From a virus: 48,798 bases of DNA. A program made the translations under genes and the position numbers. Numbering within the stretch: position 1 is the first letter of the stretch; every line of letters begins with the position of its first letter. This document shows, piece after piece, positions 22,098 to 30,118 of the stretch. The notes below the pieces were generated by a model. It was not told the origin of the DNA and did not search any database. It was given only the letters and a program-made list of their open reading frames with translations. The stretch is taken from positions 1-48,798 of the IMG/VR virus record IMGVR_UViG_3300022542_000629; one strand, written 5' to 3'.

Positions 22098-23070
22098 TTA
22101 CATCTATCGTCGCCCGTTTGACTATCGTGCTCGCCGTGTCAACAGGACCAGCCAGTATGTCGAGACTATATTGACACTGGCTCGTGCAATGGCTGTTGCA
22201 CAGATAGGTGACGTCGCTGCGCAATCTGTCACTAGTCTGGATCGTACCGATAATCTGGCGACTAGCGCAGATGTAGCAGCGTCGGCTATTTCCACACTGA
22301 CCCGCCAGATGGACGCGGTAAGCAGCGCCGAGGTTTCCGCCCTTGCCGCCGTCATCCTGGGACGCACTGAGACGATAGCAGCAGCGGCGATGCTGGCTTT
22401 TAACGTGGCTTTGACGCTGGCGCGCTCGTTGAATATCTCTGCTAGTGCGGATGCCAGTGCGGATGTATCTACGAGTCTTCCCCGCACTGGTGCGTTGGCA
22501 ATGCAGGCCGATGCAACCGCCGAGGCTACAGAAGCATTTGCGCGGCAACTGGCCGCTACTATGGCTGCCGCTGCAACTACAGCGGCAAATTTAATTTTGA
22601 GCCGTGGGGACGGTTTGACTTCACAGGCTGCTGCTACTGCTGATGCAATATTGGCATTGGCACGGCAGGTGATAATAGCCGCAAGCGCGCAAGTGAGCGC
22701 CGAGGCTGCTATGACGTTGGCCCACGCTGAGGCGTTAACGACTCAAGCGGTGCTAGTGATCGAAGCGGCCTTGACACTGGCACGGCAGATGGACATCAGT
22801 ACATTGGGGCAGGCGGATACATCGGCCACGCTGACGTTGTCACTAGAGCGTGCCGTGATCTCACTATCTGAGGCTGCCGCCTATGCCGATATAACATTGA
22901 CGAATGAACGCGCATTGGCGCTGGTAACTGATATCATTGGACAGATATTAGCAATCTGCCGCGCGATGATCATAGCATCGGAGAGTCGGGCGGTGATAGT
23001 ACCGGTAGAGAGTCGGGCAACGATAGTTGCAAGTGAGAGTCGGGCGATGATAATTCCCTGCTCAGAATGA
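22090..23070 (+). CDS. Ala-rich repeat protein (326 aa; about 13 copies of a 20-residue unit plus 3 C-terminal 9-residue repeats)
   Basis: GTG start overlaps the previous stop. Recurring x-L-x-L-A-R-x(7)-A-x(3)-A-x-A units (LTLARAM, LTLARSL, LALARQV, LTLARQM...). Same strand as the operon. Confidence 0.55.
   Translation: MGNYIYRRPFDYRARRVNRTSQYVETILTLARAMAVAQIGDVAAQSVTSLDRTDNLATSADVAASAISTLTRQMDAVSSAEVSALAAVILGRTETIAAAAMLAFNVALTLARSLNISASADASADVSTSLPRTGALAMQADATAEATEAFARQLAATMAAAATTAANLILSRGDGLTSQAAATADAILALARQVIIAASAQVSAEAAMTLAHAEALTTQAVLVIEAALTLARQMDISTLGQADTSATLTLSLERAVISLSEAAAYADITLTNERALALVTDIIGQILAICRAMIIASESRAVIVPVESRATIVASESRAMIIPCSE
22981..23061 (+). repeat. 27-nt tandem repeat x3 (gagagtcgggc at 22981, 23008 and 23035)
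   Basis: Read directly from the sequence. Encodes ESRAVIVPV / ESRATIVAS / ESRAMIIPC. Confidence 0.9.
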
Positions 23071-23089
23071 TAGAATTGGAGGTAGTAAA

Positions 23090-23662
23090 ATGAGTGCAGT
23101 ATCACAAGATAGCAAGTTAGGGATGAGTGCAGGTGCACAGGCACAGGCGGGCGCGCACATGAACGCTAGTCGTTATCTATCCGTTCATTATCGAGTGGAG
23201 GCATTCGATCCGCAAGGCAATCTAAAGTGGATTGAGGAATTCGATAACCTGGTAGTCAATGTCGGCCTGGATGATTCGCTCGACAAGCATCTCAAAGGCT
23301 CAAGTTATACCGCCGCCTTTTATGTTCTGTTGACCGATGGCACGCCGACAGTAGCCGCCGCCGATACGATGGCCTCCCACGCTGGATGGACGGAGGTTAC
23401 GGCCTATGATGAGGCGAACCGCCCGACGCTGACGCTGGGCTCAGTGAGCGGACAAAGCGTGGATAACAGCGCGAACAAGGCGGTGTTTACAATTGATACG
23501 AATAACACGACGATGGGCGGCTGTGGCGTTACTACTAACAACACGAAAGGCGGCTCGACAGGCACGCTCTACGGCGCAGGTGCGTTCACAGCAGGCGACA
23601 AGACGCTGGACGATAATGATGTATTGAACGTCCAGGTGACGTGTACCGCCGCCGCCGCGTAA
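23090..23662 (+). CDS. Hypothetical structural-module protein (190 aa)
   Basis: RBS GGAGGTAGTAAA. ORF track. Confidence 0.6.
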   Translation: MSAVSQDSKLGMSAGAQAQAGAHMNASRYLSVHYRVEAFDPQGNLKWIEEFDNLVVNVGLDDSLDKHLKGSSYTAAFYVLLTDGTPTVAAADTMASHAGWTEVTAYDEANRPTLTLGSVSGQSVDNSANKAVFTIDTNNTTMGGCGVTTNNTKGGSTGTLYGAGAFTAGDKTLDDNDVLNVQVTCTAAAA

Positions 23663-23674
23663 GCAGGAGGCGCT

Positions 23675-24001
23675 ATGGCTGACACTTTTGACAAAGACCC
23701 CGATGACGTACTGAATTACTATGTGATTTGGTATGTGTGGCTGGGGACAAGTAATACCATTGCCAGCCAGACGACAGCTGACGTATCTGGTATCACCGTG
23801 GATAGCAGTGCTATCAACTCCGGCGCGGTGACAGTAGACGGCGTGGAGTATCCTGCCAATACCGTCGTGACAATCCGGCTCAGTGGCGGCGCGGCGCGGG
23901 CTGAATATGCTATCACTAATCACATTGTCAGCAGTAACAGCGAGGAGAAGAGTCATACGTTTGTAATTCAGGCGCGGAGCAGTGACAGCAGTGATATTTG
24001 A
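23675..24001 (+). CDS. Hypothetical structural-module protein (108 aa)
   Basis: RBS GCAGGAGG. ORF track. Confidence 0.6.
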   Translation: MADTFDKDPDDVLNYYVIWYVWLGTSNTIASQTTADVSGITVDSSAINSGAVTVDGVEYPANTVVTIRLSGGAARAEYAITNHIVSSNSEEKSHTFVIQARSSDSSDI

Positions 24002-24052
24002 GCGCCCTTTTGGGCAGATCTGGAGTTGGGGCAGGTGGAGTAGATAGAGGCA

Positions 24053-24505
24053 ATGGGACGCGATGCGCCGAAGCAGTGGATTGAATATAGATTTCGAGAT
24101 GCGCTAGCCATTCTTTTGGACGGCAAGACAGAGGTTCCGTTGCGTTCTGGCAAAGCAGATATAGTGACGAGCACCCATGTCTATGAAGTGAAACGTTGCC
24201 GCCAATGGAAGCATGCCATTGGTCAGGCGCTGGTGTATGCTTCTGAGGTTGGCTTGCGGTCCGGCATTGCATTGTTTGGCTGGTCGCCTACCGAAGAGGT
24301 GATTCAGACTATCGGCGATGCTTGCTCGCGATTGCACATTGATTTGCTGTTCCATTTCTTTGATGATGATAGTGGCATGGTGTACGGTGGCGACATGGCA
24401 TGTTTCACTCGAATACCTAAGCCTCTTGGTTTGCCCGATATGGATTTTGAGATGATAGTTCGCCCTTGGGAAATTCCTCGGCGATTCCGCGAAGGCGTGA
24501 TGTAA
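24053..24505 (+). CDS. PD-(D/E)XK-type nuclease-like protein (150 aa)
   Basis: GKADIVTSTHVYEVKRCRQWKHAIGQALVY fits the D-x(8)-E-x-K pattern. Lies immediately upstream of TerS. Confidence 0.45.
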   Translation: MGRDAPKQWIEYRFRDALAILLDGKTEVPLRSGKADIVTSTHVYEVKRCRQWKHAIGQALVYASEVGLRSGIALFGWSPTEEVIQTIGDACSRLHIDLLFHFFDDDSGMVYGGDMACFTRIPKPLGLPDMDFEMIVRPWEIPRRFREGVM

Positions 24506-24506
24506 A

Positions 24507-24980
24507 ATGGCGCGTGTAACGTATTTGAGAAACCTGCCGAACGGGGTTATTGACAAGCTCATTAAGTATATCCGCGCTGGCGCATTTCCTTATATCGCAG
24601 CGCAGGCTTGCGGTATTCCCAAGTCTACCTGGTATCGCTGGATGAATAGCGGAAGCAAGGGACGAAAGCCGTATAGGGAATTATGGGACAAGGTACAGAG
24701 TGCACAGGCGGAGGCGCGAGTCGTAGCTGAGAATAAGGTATTTGGCGGGACTCCATTGGCCTGGCTGCGCTATGGGCCAGGCCGCGAACGGCCCGGCAGG
24801 CCAGGGTGGACGGATAGTAAGCAGATTGAGATTAGCGGGAAAGATGGCGAGCCGCTGAGCGTGACGCATCACTTTGACCAGGCACTAAAACGAGCATACA
24901 GTGACAATGGCAATGACAGCACTGGACAGGTATCTAACAACGGCGGCGAAAGCGAAGTGTCCGAAGGATCAAATACTTAA
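24507..24980 (+). CDS. terS: Terminase small subunit (HTH type)
   Basis: Position upstream of TerL. AAQACGIPKSTWYRWMN helix-turn-helix. Confidence 0.65.
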   Translation: MARVTYLRNLPNGVIDKLIKYIRAGAFPYIAAQACGIPKSTWYRWMNSGSKGRKPYRELWDKVQSAQAEARVVAENKVFGGTPLAWLRYGPGRERPGRPGWTDSKQIEISGKDGEPLSVTHHFDQALKRAYSDNGNDSTGQVSNNGGESEVSEGSNT

Positions 24981-26295
24981 CTTTCGCGAAGGTGAATATT
25001 GCGCCCAGCCTAAGCAACTGCGCTTTCACGCGGCGGCGCGGCTGGCTGATGTGGAGGGTGGGCCAACGCAGATAGGCTACGGTGGCGCACGTGGCGGCGC
25101 GAAGTCTCACGGGCTGTTTGCTCAGTTAACACTCGATGATTGCCAGCGAGCACCAGGTATCAAGGCCCTCTACCTACGCAAAGTAGGCAAACAGGCGAGG
25201 GAGCAGTTCGAAGACCTGCGCGGCAAGGTATTGCACTCGACAGCGCACAGTTATAAAGCGCACCTCGGAGTAGTCAAGTTTCCAAATGGTTCACAACTGT
25301 TCATCGGGCACTTTAAGAATGAGAGCGACGTTGACGCTTACCTGGGCCTGGAGTATGAGGTTATCGCAATCGAAGAGGCTACAACCCTCACGGCGATGAA
25401 GTACCAGGCCCTGCGTGACAGCAACCGCACCAGTCGTGACAACTTTCGCCCGCGCATCTATACCAGCACAAATCCGGGCGGAGTTGGACACTCGTGGTAC
25501 AAGCGGCGCTACATTGACCCGTGGCAGGGTGGCAACGAGACGGATACTCGCTTTATCTTTGCTACCGTTGCCGACAATGCTTTCGTAGATCCAGACTACA
25601 AGCGCAAACTCGAAGAGAACACCGGCTGGCGATTGCGAGCCTATCGTTATGGCGACTGGGATATAGCCGCCGGCCAGTTCTTTACAACCTGGCGGCGTGA
25701 TGTACACGTGATAGAACCTTTTCACGCGCCACTCGATTGGACGTGGTGGGCCTCAATGGACTATGGCTTTGTACATCCGACTGTGGTGCACCTGTTTGCC
25801 AGAGACGGCGACGGGATGACCTACATTGTGGATGAGCACTATCAACCCGGCTGGCTGGTGAAACGCCACGCCGAAGCCATTAAGGCGATGTTTGACCGTA
25901 ATAGCGTCAACTATGGCAGGCTGGAGCGGTTCGTAGCGGGCGCTGATGTGTTTGCCAGGAAAGGCAACTCAGAGACTAGCATAGCGCAACAGTATGAGCA
26001 GCACGGGTTGAAACTAGAGCCTGCCAATATGGACAGGATCAACGGCGCGGCACAGATGCTTGACTTACTTGGAGACGTTGACGCCGGGCAAGCGCCACGG
26101 ATGAAGATATTCAGCAGGTGCGCACAACTGATTGAATGCATTCCGGCAATGCAGCATGATCCGCGCAGGCCAGAGGACGTGATGAAAGTGGACGCTGACG
26201 AGGAAGGGTTGGGCGGTGACGATGCCTACGACTCGGCCCGCTACGCTTGTATGGAACTGGACAGCCTGGTGAAGCACCGGGCGAGGGTATACTAA
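24901..26295 (+). CDS. terL: Terminase large subunit
   Basis: 464 aa with P-loop-like GYGGARGGAKSH, followed by the portal gene. The start is uncertain (GTG 24901, ATG 24907 or ATG 24913). Confidence 0.8.
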   Translation: MTMAMTALDRYLTTAAKAKCPKDQILNFREGEYCAQPKQLRFHAAARLADVEGGPTQIGYGGARGGAKSHGLFAQLTLDDCQRAPGIKALYLRKVGKQAREQFEDLRGKVLHSTAHSYKAHLGVVKFPNGSQLFIGHFKNESDVDAYLGLEYEVIAIEEATTLTAMKYQALRDSNRTSRDNFRPRIYTSTNPGGVGHSWYKRRYIDPWQGGNETDTRFIFATVADNAFVDPDYKRKLEENTGWRLRAYRYGDWDIAAGQFFTTWRRDVHVIEPFHAPLDWTWWASMDYGFVHPTVVHLFARDGDGMTYIVDEHYQPGWLVKRHAEAIKAMFDRNSVNYGRLERFVAGADVFARKGNSETSIAQQYEQHGLKLEPANMDRINGAAQMLDLLGDVDAGQAPRMKIFSRCAQLIECIPAMQHDPRRPEDVMKVDADEEGLGGDDAYDSARYACMELDSLVKHRARVY

Positions 26296-27741
26296 ATGGC
26301 AATTGACTTGGCAGAACTGGCCTTCGCAGGCTGGCAGACAGAAGAGGAACGCACGCGGCAAAAGAACGTCGTGCTAGTACGCGAGTACTACGACGGCGAC
26401 CAGCACGTCAAGTTGACGCAGCGTCAAAAGGAATACCTCGGCTTCGTGGATAGCGGGCGCTTTGCAATCAACTACTGCGCCACTGTCGTCAACGCGGTAT
26501 GGGAACGGCTCATCGTGGCAGCGCTGGCTTCTAAGGACGAGGCTTTTTCAGTGGCTGCCTGGGACTGGTGGCAGCGCAACCGTATGGACGAGAAACAGGA
26601 CGGCGTGCACCGCGGCACAGTACGGGACGGTGAGTACTTTGTCATCATAGACCTGGATGATGAACTACAGCCGCGCCTCACACCTCACCTGCGCTACACC
26701 GATCCATTGAGTGGTGGATCAGGCTTTGGATGCAAAGCGCATTATCCCAATGACCTGACCTCGCTACCGATGCTCTATGCCACCAAGAGATGGACAGAGA
26801 CAGTGACGCTAGAGAACGGCAAGCCAGAGACACGGCAGAGGATGACCGCCTACTATCCCGACCAGATACGCAAGTATCGCCAGGCAGCGCGGGCAGGTGA
26901 GAGCGGTTGGGTTCCACACTCAGACGATGGCGATACCACATGGCCCTTGCCGTGGGTAGACGCGCAAAGCAGGCCGCTCGGCATTCCAGTTATTCACTTT
27001 CGCAACCCCGACAGCAAGTCCGAGATATGGGACGCTATCCCGCCACAGGACATGGTGAACAAGACAGCAGTTGACATTCTAGCCGCTGCCGATGCCGCTG
27101 GATTTCCTATTCACATTGCGCAAGGGTTTTCTGCCACCACAGATGGCAAGCCGCCGGACAGTGACGGCGACAATTACTTGAAACTAACGCCAGGCTGCTG
27201 GATTGAGATACCCAAAGATGCTACAGCCAGCAAGATAGAGGGTAGCGACCTGTCACCGTTACTCAGCGCGCTAGATAGTTGGATCACCAAACTAGCGCAG
27301 GTCACAGACACGCCCACGAACCGCTTCCAGATCACCCGTCAGATAGCAGCGGAGGGCACGCTCAAACAGCAAGAGGCGGTACTGTTGTCAAAGGTGCGTG
27401 TGCGGCAAGTTAGGTTTGGCAACAGTTGGGAAGATGCGATGTATATGGCCCGCCGCTTAGCAAATACCTTCGGCAATGCCGGGTTGAACGAAGATGCGAT
27501 GCTCGAAGTTGAGTGGGTTCCTGCCGCTACCAGGGACGAGAAGGAACACATCGAGACGCTGGGTCTAAAGCGTGAAAAGTTGAACGTCCCGCTGGAGACG
27601 CTGTGGGCAGAGGCAGGCTATTCACAAGAGGAAATTGACGCGATGCTGGCTACTGAGGAGTACCAGGCGCGGTTGAATATGCAGCGGCAAGCGGCGGCGA
27701 TGTTTGGACAGGAGACAGAGGAAGAGGAGGACAATGCCTAA
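26296..27741 (+). CDS. Portal protein
   Basis: 481 aa between TerL and the MuF-like gene. Acidic C-terminus. Confidence 0.8.
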   Translation: MAIDLAELAFAGWQTEEERTRQKNVVLVREYYDGDQHVKLTQRQKEYLGFVDSGRFAINYCATVVNAVWERLIVAALASKDEAFSVAAWDWWQRNRMDEKQDGVHRGTVRDGEYFVIIDLDDELQPRLTPHLRYTDPLSGGSGFGCKAHYPNDLTSLPMLYATKRWTETVTLENGKPETRQRMTAYYPDQIRKYRQAARAGESGWVPHSDDGDTTWPLPWVDAQSRPLGIPVIHFRNPDSKSEIWDAIPPQDMVNKTAVDILAAADAAGFPIHIAQGFSATTDGKPPDSDGDNYLKLTPGCWIEIPKDATASKIEGSDLSPLLSALDSWITKLAQVTDTPTNRFQITRQIAAEGTLKQQEAVLLSKVRVRQVRFGNSWEDAMYMARRLANTFGNAGLNEDAMLEVEWVPAATRDEKEHIETLGLKREKLNVPLETLWAEAGYSQEEIDAMLATEEYQARLNMQRQAAAMFGQETEEEEDNA

Positions 27742-28699
27742 CCGCCGCCCCTCCATCCGAGCCGCCCTGCGCACTAACCGTGAACTGGGCAAGCTGTTCG
27801 CCAGGCTGGGCACAGCCGAACACCCACGCGGCAAGGTGCTGGTGGCGTACCGCAATGCACGACGGGCGCTCAGGGATGTGTTGAGAAGGCCTGGGCCAAT
27901 GATGACACTGGAGGCGCGGGAAGTTATAGCCGGGCTCAAAGATAGCGTGCGCACAGTTGCAGATACTACACTGAACAGGGCCAGGGCACTAGGCTGGAAG
28001 CAAGCGGAGATTGAGGCGCGGGTATGGGGGCTAGAGCCGCTAATGCCATACGTGGACACCGTGGCAATGACCGGCGCTTGGACTGGCGTGATTGAGCAAC
28101 AAGAGCGCGGTATACTGGCGACGCTGGCAACCGGTGCAGACCCGGCGCTCATTCTAGGCAGTGATACTACCGTCGGACTATTACGGCCAGATACCGTGAC
28201 GCGGGAAGGTGCACGCTGGCTGGCAACAGCAGCGGGCTTGGCACTCATTGGCGCATTGCAACCGGCAGTGCAGGCATCAGGCCGCGCATGGGGCAAACAG
28301 GCAATAGCCGCGATAGATGCCGTGACAACAGAGTGCTGCCTGCGCGTACACGGGCAGATCGTGCCAGTGGACAAAAAGTTTCACACGATCGGCTCACCTG
28401 CCTGGGCTGACTATCAAGACTGGTCTCCATTCCATTGGAACTGCCGAACGTCTGTCGGGATGGTTCCGCTAGATGAAGCCGACGACGATCTAACAGCGAT
28501 GCTATTGGCGCAGTCGGCGGGCGAGCAGGAGAAGCGGGCGGCCGCCAGGGCGCGCATTGCAGAGATAATGGATGCGCTAGTGGACAAGGGCACGATACCA
28601 AGCGCCCGCCGCCGGGCCGATGACACGAAGGCAATAATTGAATTGCGTGAGGAATTATTAGCATTAAGACAGCGGGGTGGATATGCAACAGGCTCTTGA
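27734..28699 (+). CDS. Head morphogenesis protein (SPP1 gp7 / Mu F-like)
   Basis: CCLRVHGQIVP...SPFHWNCRTSVG motif. RBS GAGGAGGACA before ATG 27734. Confidence 0.75.
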   Translation: MPNRRPSIRAALRTNRELGKLFARLGTAEHPRGKVLVAYRNARRALRDVLRRPGPMMTLEAREVIAGLKDSVRTVADTTLNRARALGWKQAEIEARVWGLEPLMPYVDTVAMTGAWTGVIEQQERGILATLATGADPALILGSDTTVGLLRPDTVTREGARWLATAAGLALIGALQPAVQASGRAWGKQAIAAIDAVTTECCLRVHGQIVPVDKKFHTIGSPAWADYQDWSPFHWNCRTSVGMVPLDEADDDLTAMLLAQSAGEQEKRAAARARIAEIMDALVDKGTIPSARRRADDTKAIIELREELLALRQRGGYATGS

Positions 28700-28724
28700 C
28701 ATTTCAGGTCAAAATTGGTATAAT
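28696..28724 (+). promoter_or_regulatory. Consensus promoter P6 (TTGACA-N17-TATAAT, TGn) overlapping the MuF stop codon
   Basis: TTGACATTTCAGGTCAAAATTGGTATAAT. Confidence 0.8.
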
Positions 28725-28934
28725 GGATACTAGATTGAGGGCGTTTTTAGAGATTGCGCGCCGGGCACTCATCATGATGCTAGGAGCGCTCGAAGATTAC
28801 TTAGAGATGAGTAGGAGTATACCACCAAAACACAAGAGACAATAATCAAATAGCCTCCGGGTAACCTGCGGCACACTTTTCAGACCAGCGTGATACCGGT
28901 CTAAGTGCGCCGCTTTTGCGTTTGGAGTAGAGCA

Positions 28935-29015
28935 ATGCCGATAATGAATTGTAAGGCGAAAGGCAAGCCCGGCTATAAATTTGGGGCCAGCGGGCTTTGC
29001 AAGGTACGGCCATAA
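28935..29015 (+). CDS. Possible 26-aa ORF (MPIMNCKAKGKPGYKFGASGLCKVRP), or a frameshifted N-terminus of the scaffold gene
   Basis: GGAG 7 nt upstream of the ATG. The scaffold frame (+1 relative to this ORF) is already open from 28981. Confidence 0.3.
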   Translation: MPIMNCKAKGKPGYKFGASGLCKVRP

Positions 29016-29055
29016 CAGCCCGCAAGGGCAAATAGTAACAGGGAGGTATGCCGAG

Positions 29056-29718
29056 ATGGCAGAGGAACAGGTACAGGTCGAGACGACCACAGAACAGGTT
29101 GAGACAACCACAGAACATACTGATAGCGGGACGCTGGAGGTAGTACTACAGTCGGGAGACTCGACACGAGAAGCCTTGCAGGCTGAACTGGACAATGCTA
29201 AGGCCGCGCTAAAACGTGTCAACGCCGAAAGCGCCAAGCGGCGCAAGCAGTTAGAGACGTTTGACATAGCGGAGAAGAAGCGCAAAGAGGCCGAACTATC
29301 CGAGGTGGAGAAGGCGCAGGCACAAGCGAAGGACTGGAAGAGCAAGTTTGAGTTGCTCACCTCAGAGTTTAACGTGGCACAGATGCGTGCTGCGTTCTAT
29401 GATGAGGCAGATGAACAAAAACTCTCATTCGTCAACGCGCAAGCCAAGCGAGACGCCTTCACGCTGAGTGACTTGTCAGGCGTGGTAACAGACGAGGGTG
29501 AGATGACCGGGATGGTCGAGGCTGTCAAGGCACTCACCAAGAGCCACCCGCACCTATTCGGCACGGCGCAAACATCAAAGGACATCAACGCCCTCGATAC
29601 TGGCAAAGGCAAAGGCAAGGCCACAGAAGCTGAAATGATCGAATATGCTGCCAACGCTGGGATAGATGTGCAATATCTTAATCCCGAGATGGTGGCACTA
29701 GCAATTCACGGGAGGTAA
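29056..29718 (+). CDS. Scaffolding protein
   Basis: Coiled, charged 220-aa protein between MuF and the decoration/capsid genes. RBS GGGAGG. Internal VETTTEQ x2 repeat. Confidence 0.65.
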   Translation: MAEEQVQVETTTEQVETTTEHTDSGTLEVVLQSGDSTREALQAELDNAKAALKRVNAESAKRRKQLETFDIAEKKRKEAELSEVEKAQAQAKDWKSKFELLTSEFNVAQMRAAFYDEADEQKLSFVNAQAKRDAFTLSDLSGVVTDEGEMTGMVEAVKALTKSHPHLFGTAQTSKDINALDTGKGKGKATEAEMIEYAANAGIDVQYLNPEMVALAIHGR

Positions 29719-29723
29719 ATGAA

Positions 29724-30101
29724 ATGGCTGCGATCACAATTGGAACTGACATCAAGCCTTTAGGGAAGGCTATTGCTGAGAGGGTGACGCTAGGGGCTAC
29801 TGTCACGAAGGGCCACCCAATCACGCTCCAGTCCGATGGCTACTGGGATCACACTGATACCGACACGGCGCAGTTGACCGTTGCCGTAGCCGTTCAGGGC
29901 GGGGCAGTGGGCGAGCGGGTAGACGCCGTGGTACATGGGCGCATCCAGTGCCTCAGCGGGGCCACGCCAGGCTCGCTGGTCTATGGTTCAGATACCGTTG
30001 GGGCCTACGACGACGCTGCGGGAACCAAGAGTACTATCATCGGCTATGCATGGAGCGCCACGGTGCTCTTTGTCCAGCCGCAGATCGTGGACTTGGCATA
30101 A
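29724..30101 (+). CDS. Head decoration protein (DUF2190-like)
   Basis: 125 aa immediately upstream of the capsid gene, with the Gly/Val-rich pattern typical of this family. Confidence 0.6.
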   Translation: MAAITIGTDIKPLGKAIAERVTLGATVTKGHPITLQSDGYWDHTDTDTAQLTVAVAVQGGAVGERVDAVVHGRIQCLSGATPGSLVYGSDTVGAYDDAAGTKSTIIGYAWSATVLFVQPQIVDLA

Positions 30102-30118
30102 TCAGGAGGTAAACAAAA

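Noticed and set aside
22066-22548. Long minus-strand ORFs (22066..22548 and 22122..22487) antisense to the Ala-rich repeat gene
   Set aside because: GC-rich Ala codons keep the antisense frames open. These ORFs have no SD, run against the operon direction, and overlap each other.
27622-29360. Antisense ORFs of 250 aa (27622..28374), 147 aa (28245..28688) and 187 aa (28797..29360)
   Set aside because: They lie opposite the well-supported portal, MuF and scaffold genes and promoter P6. Their Ser/Ala/Arg-rich composition is typical of antisense GC-rich frames, and they have no SD.
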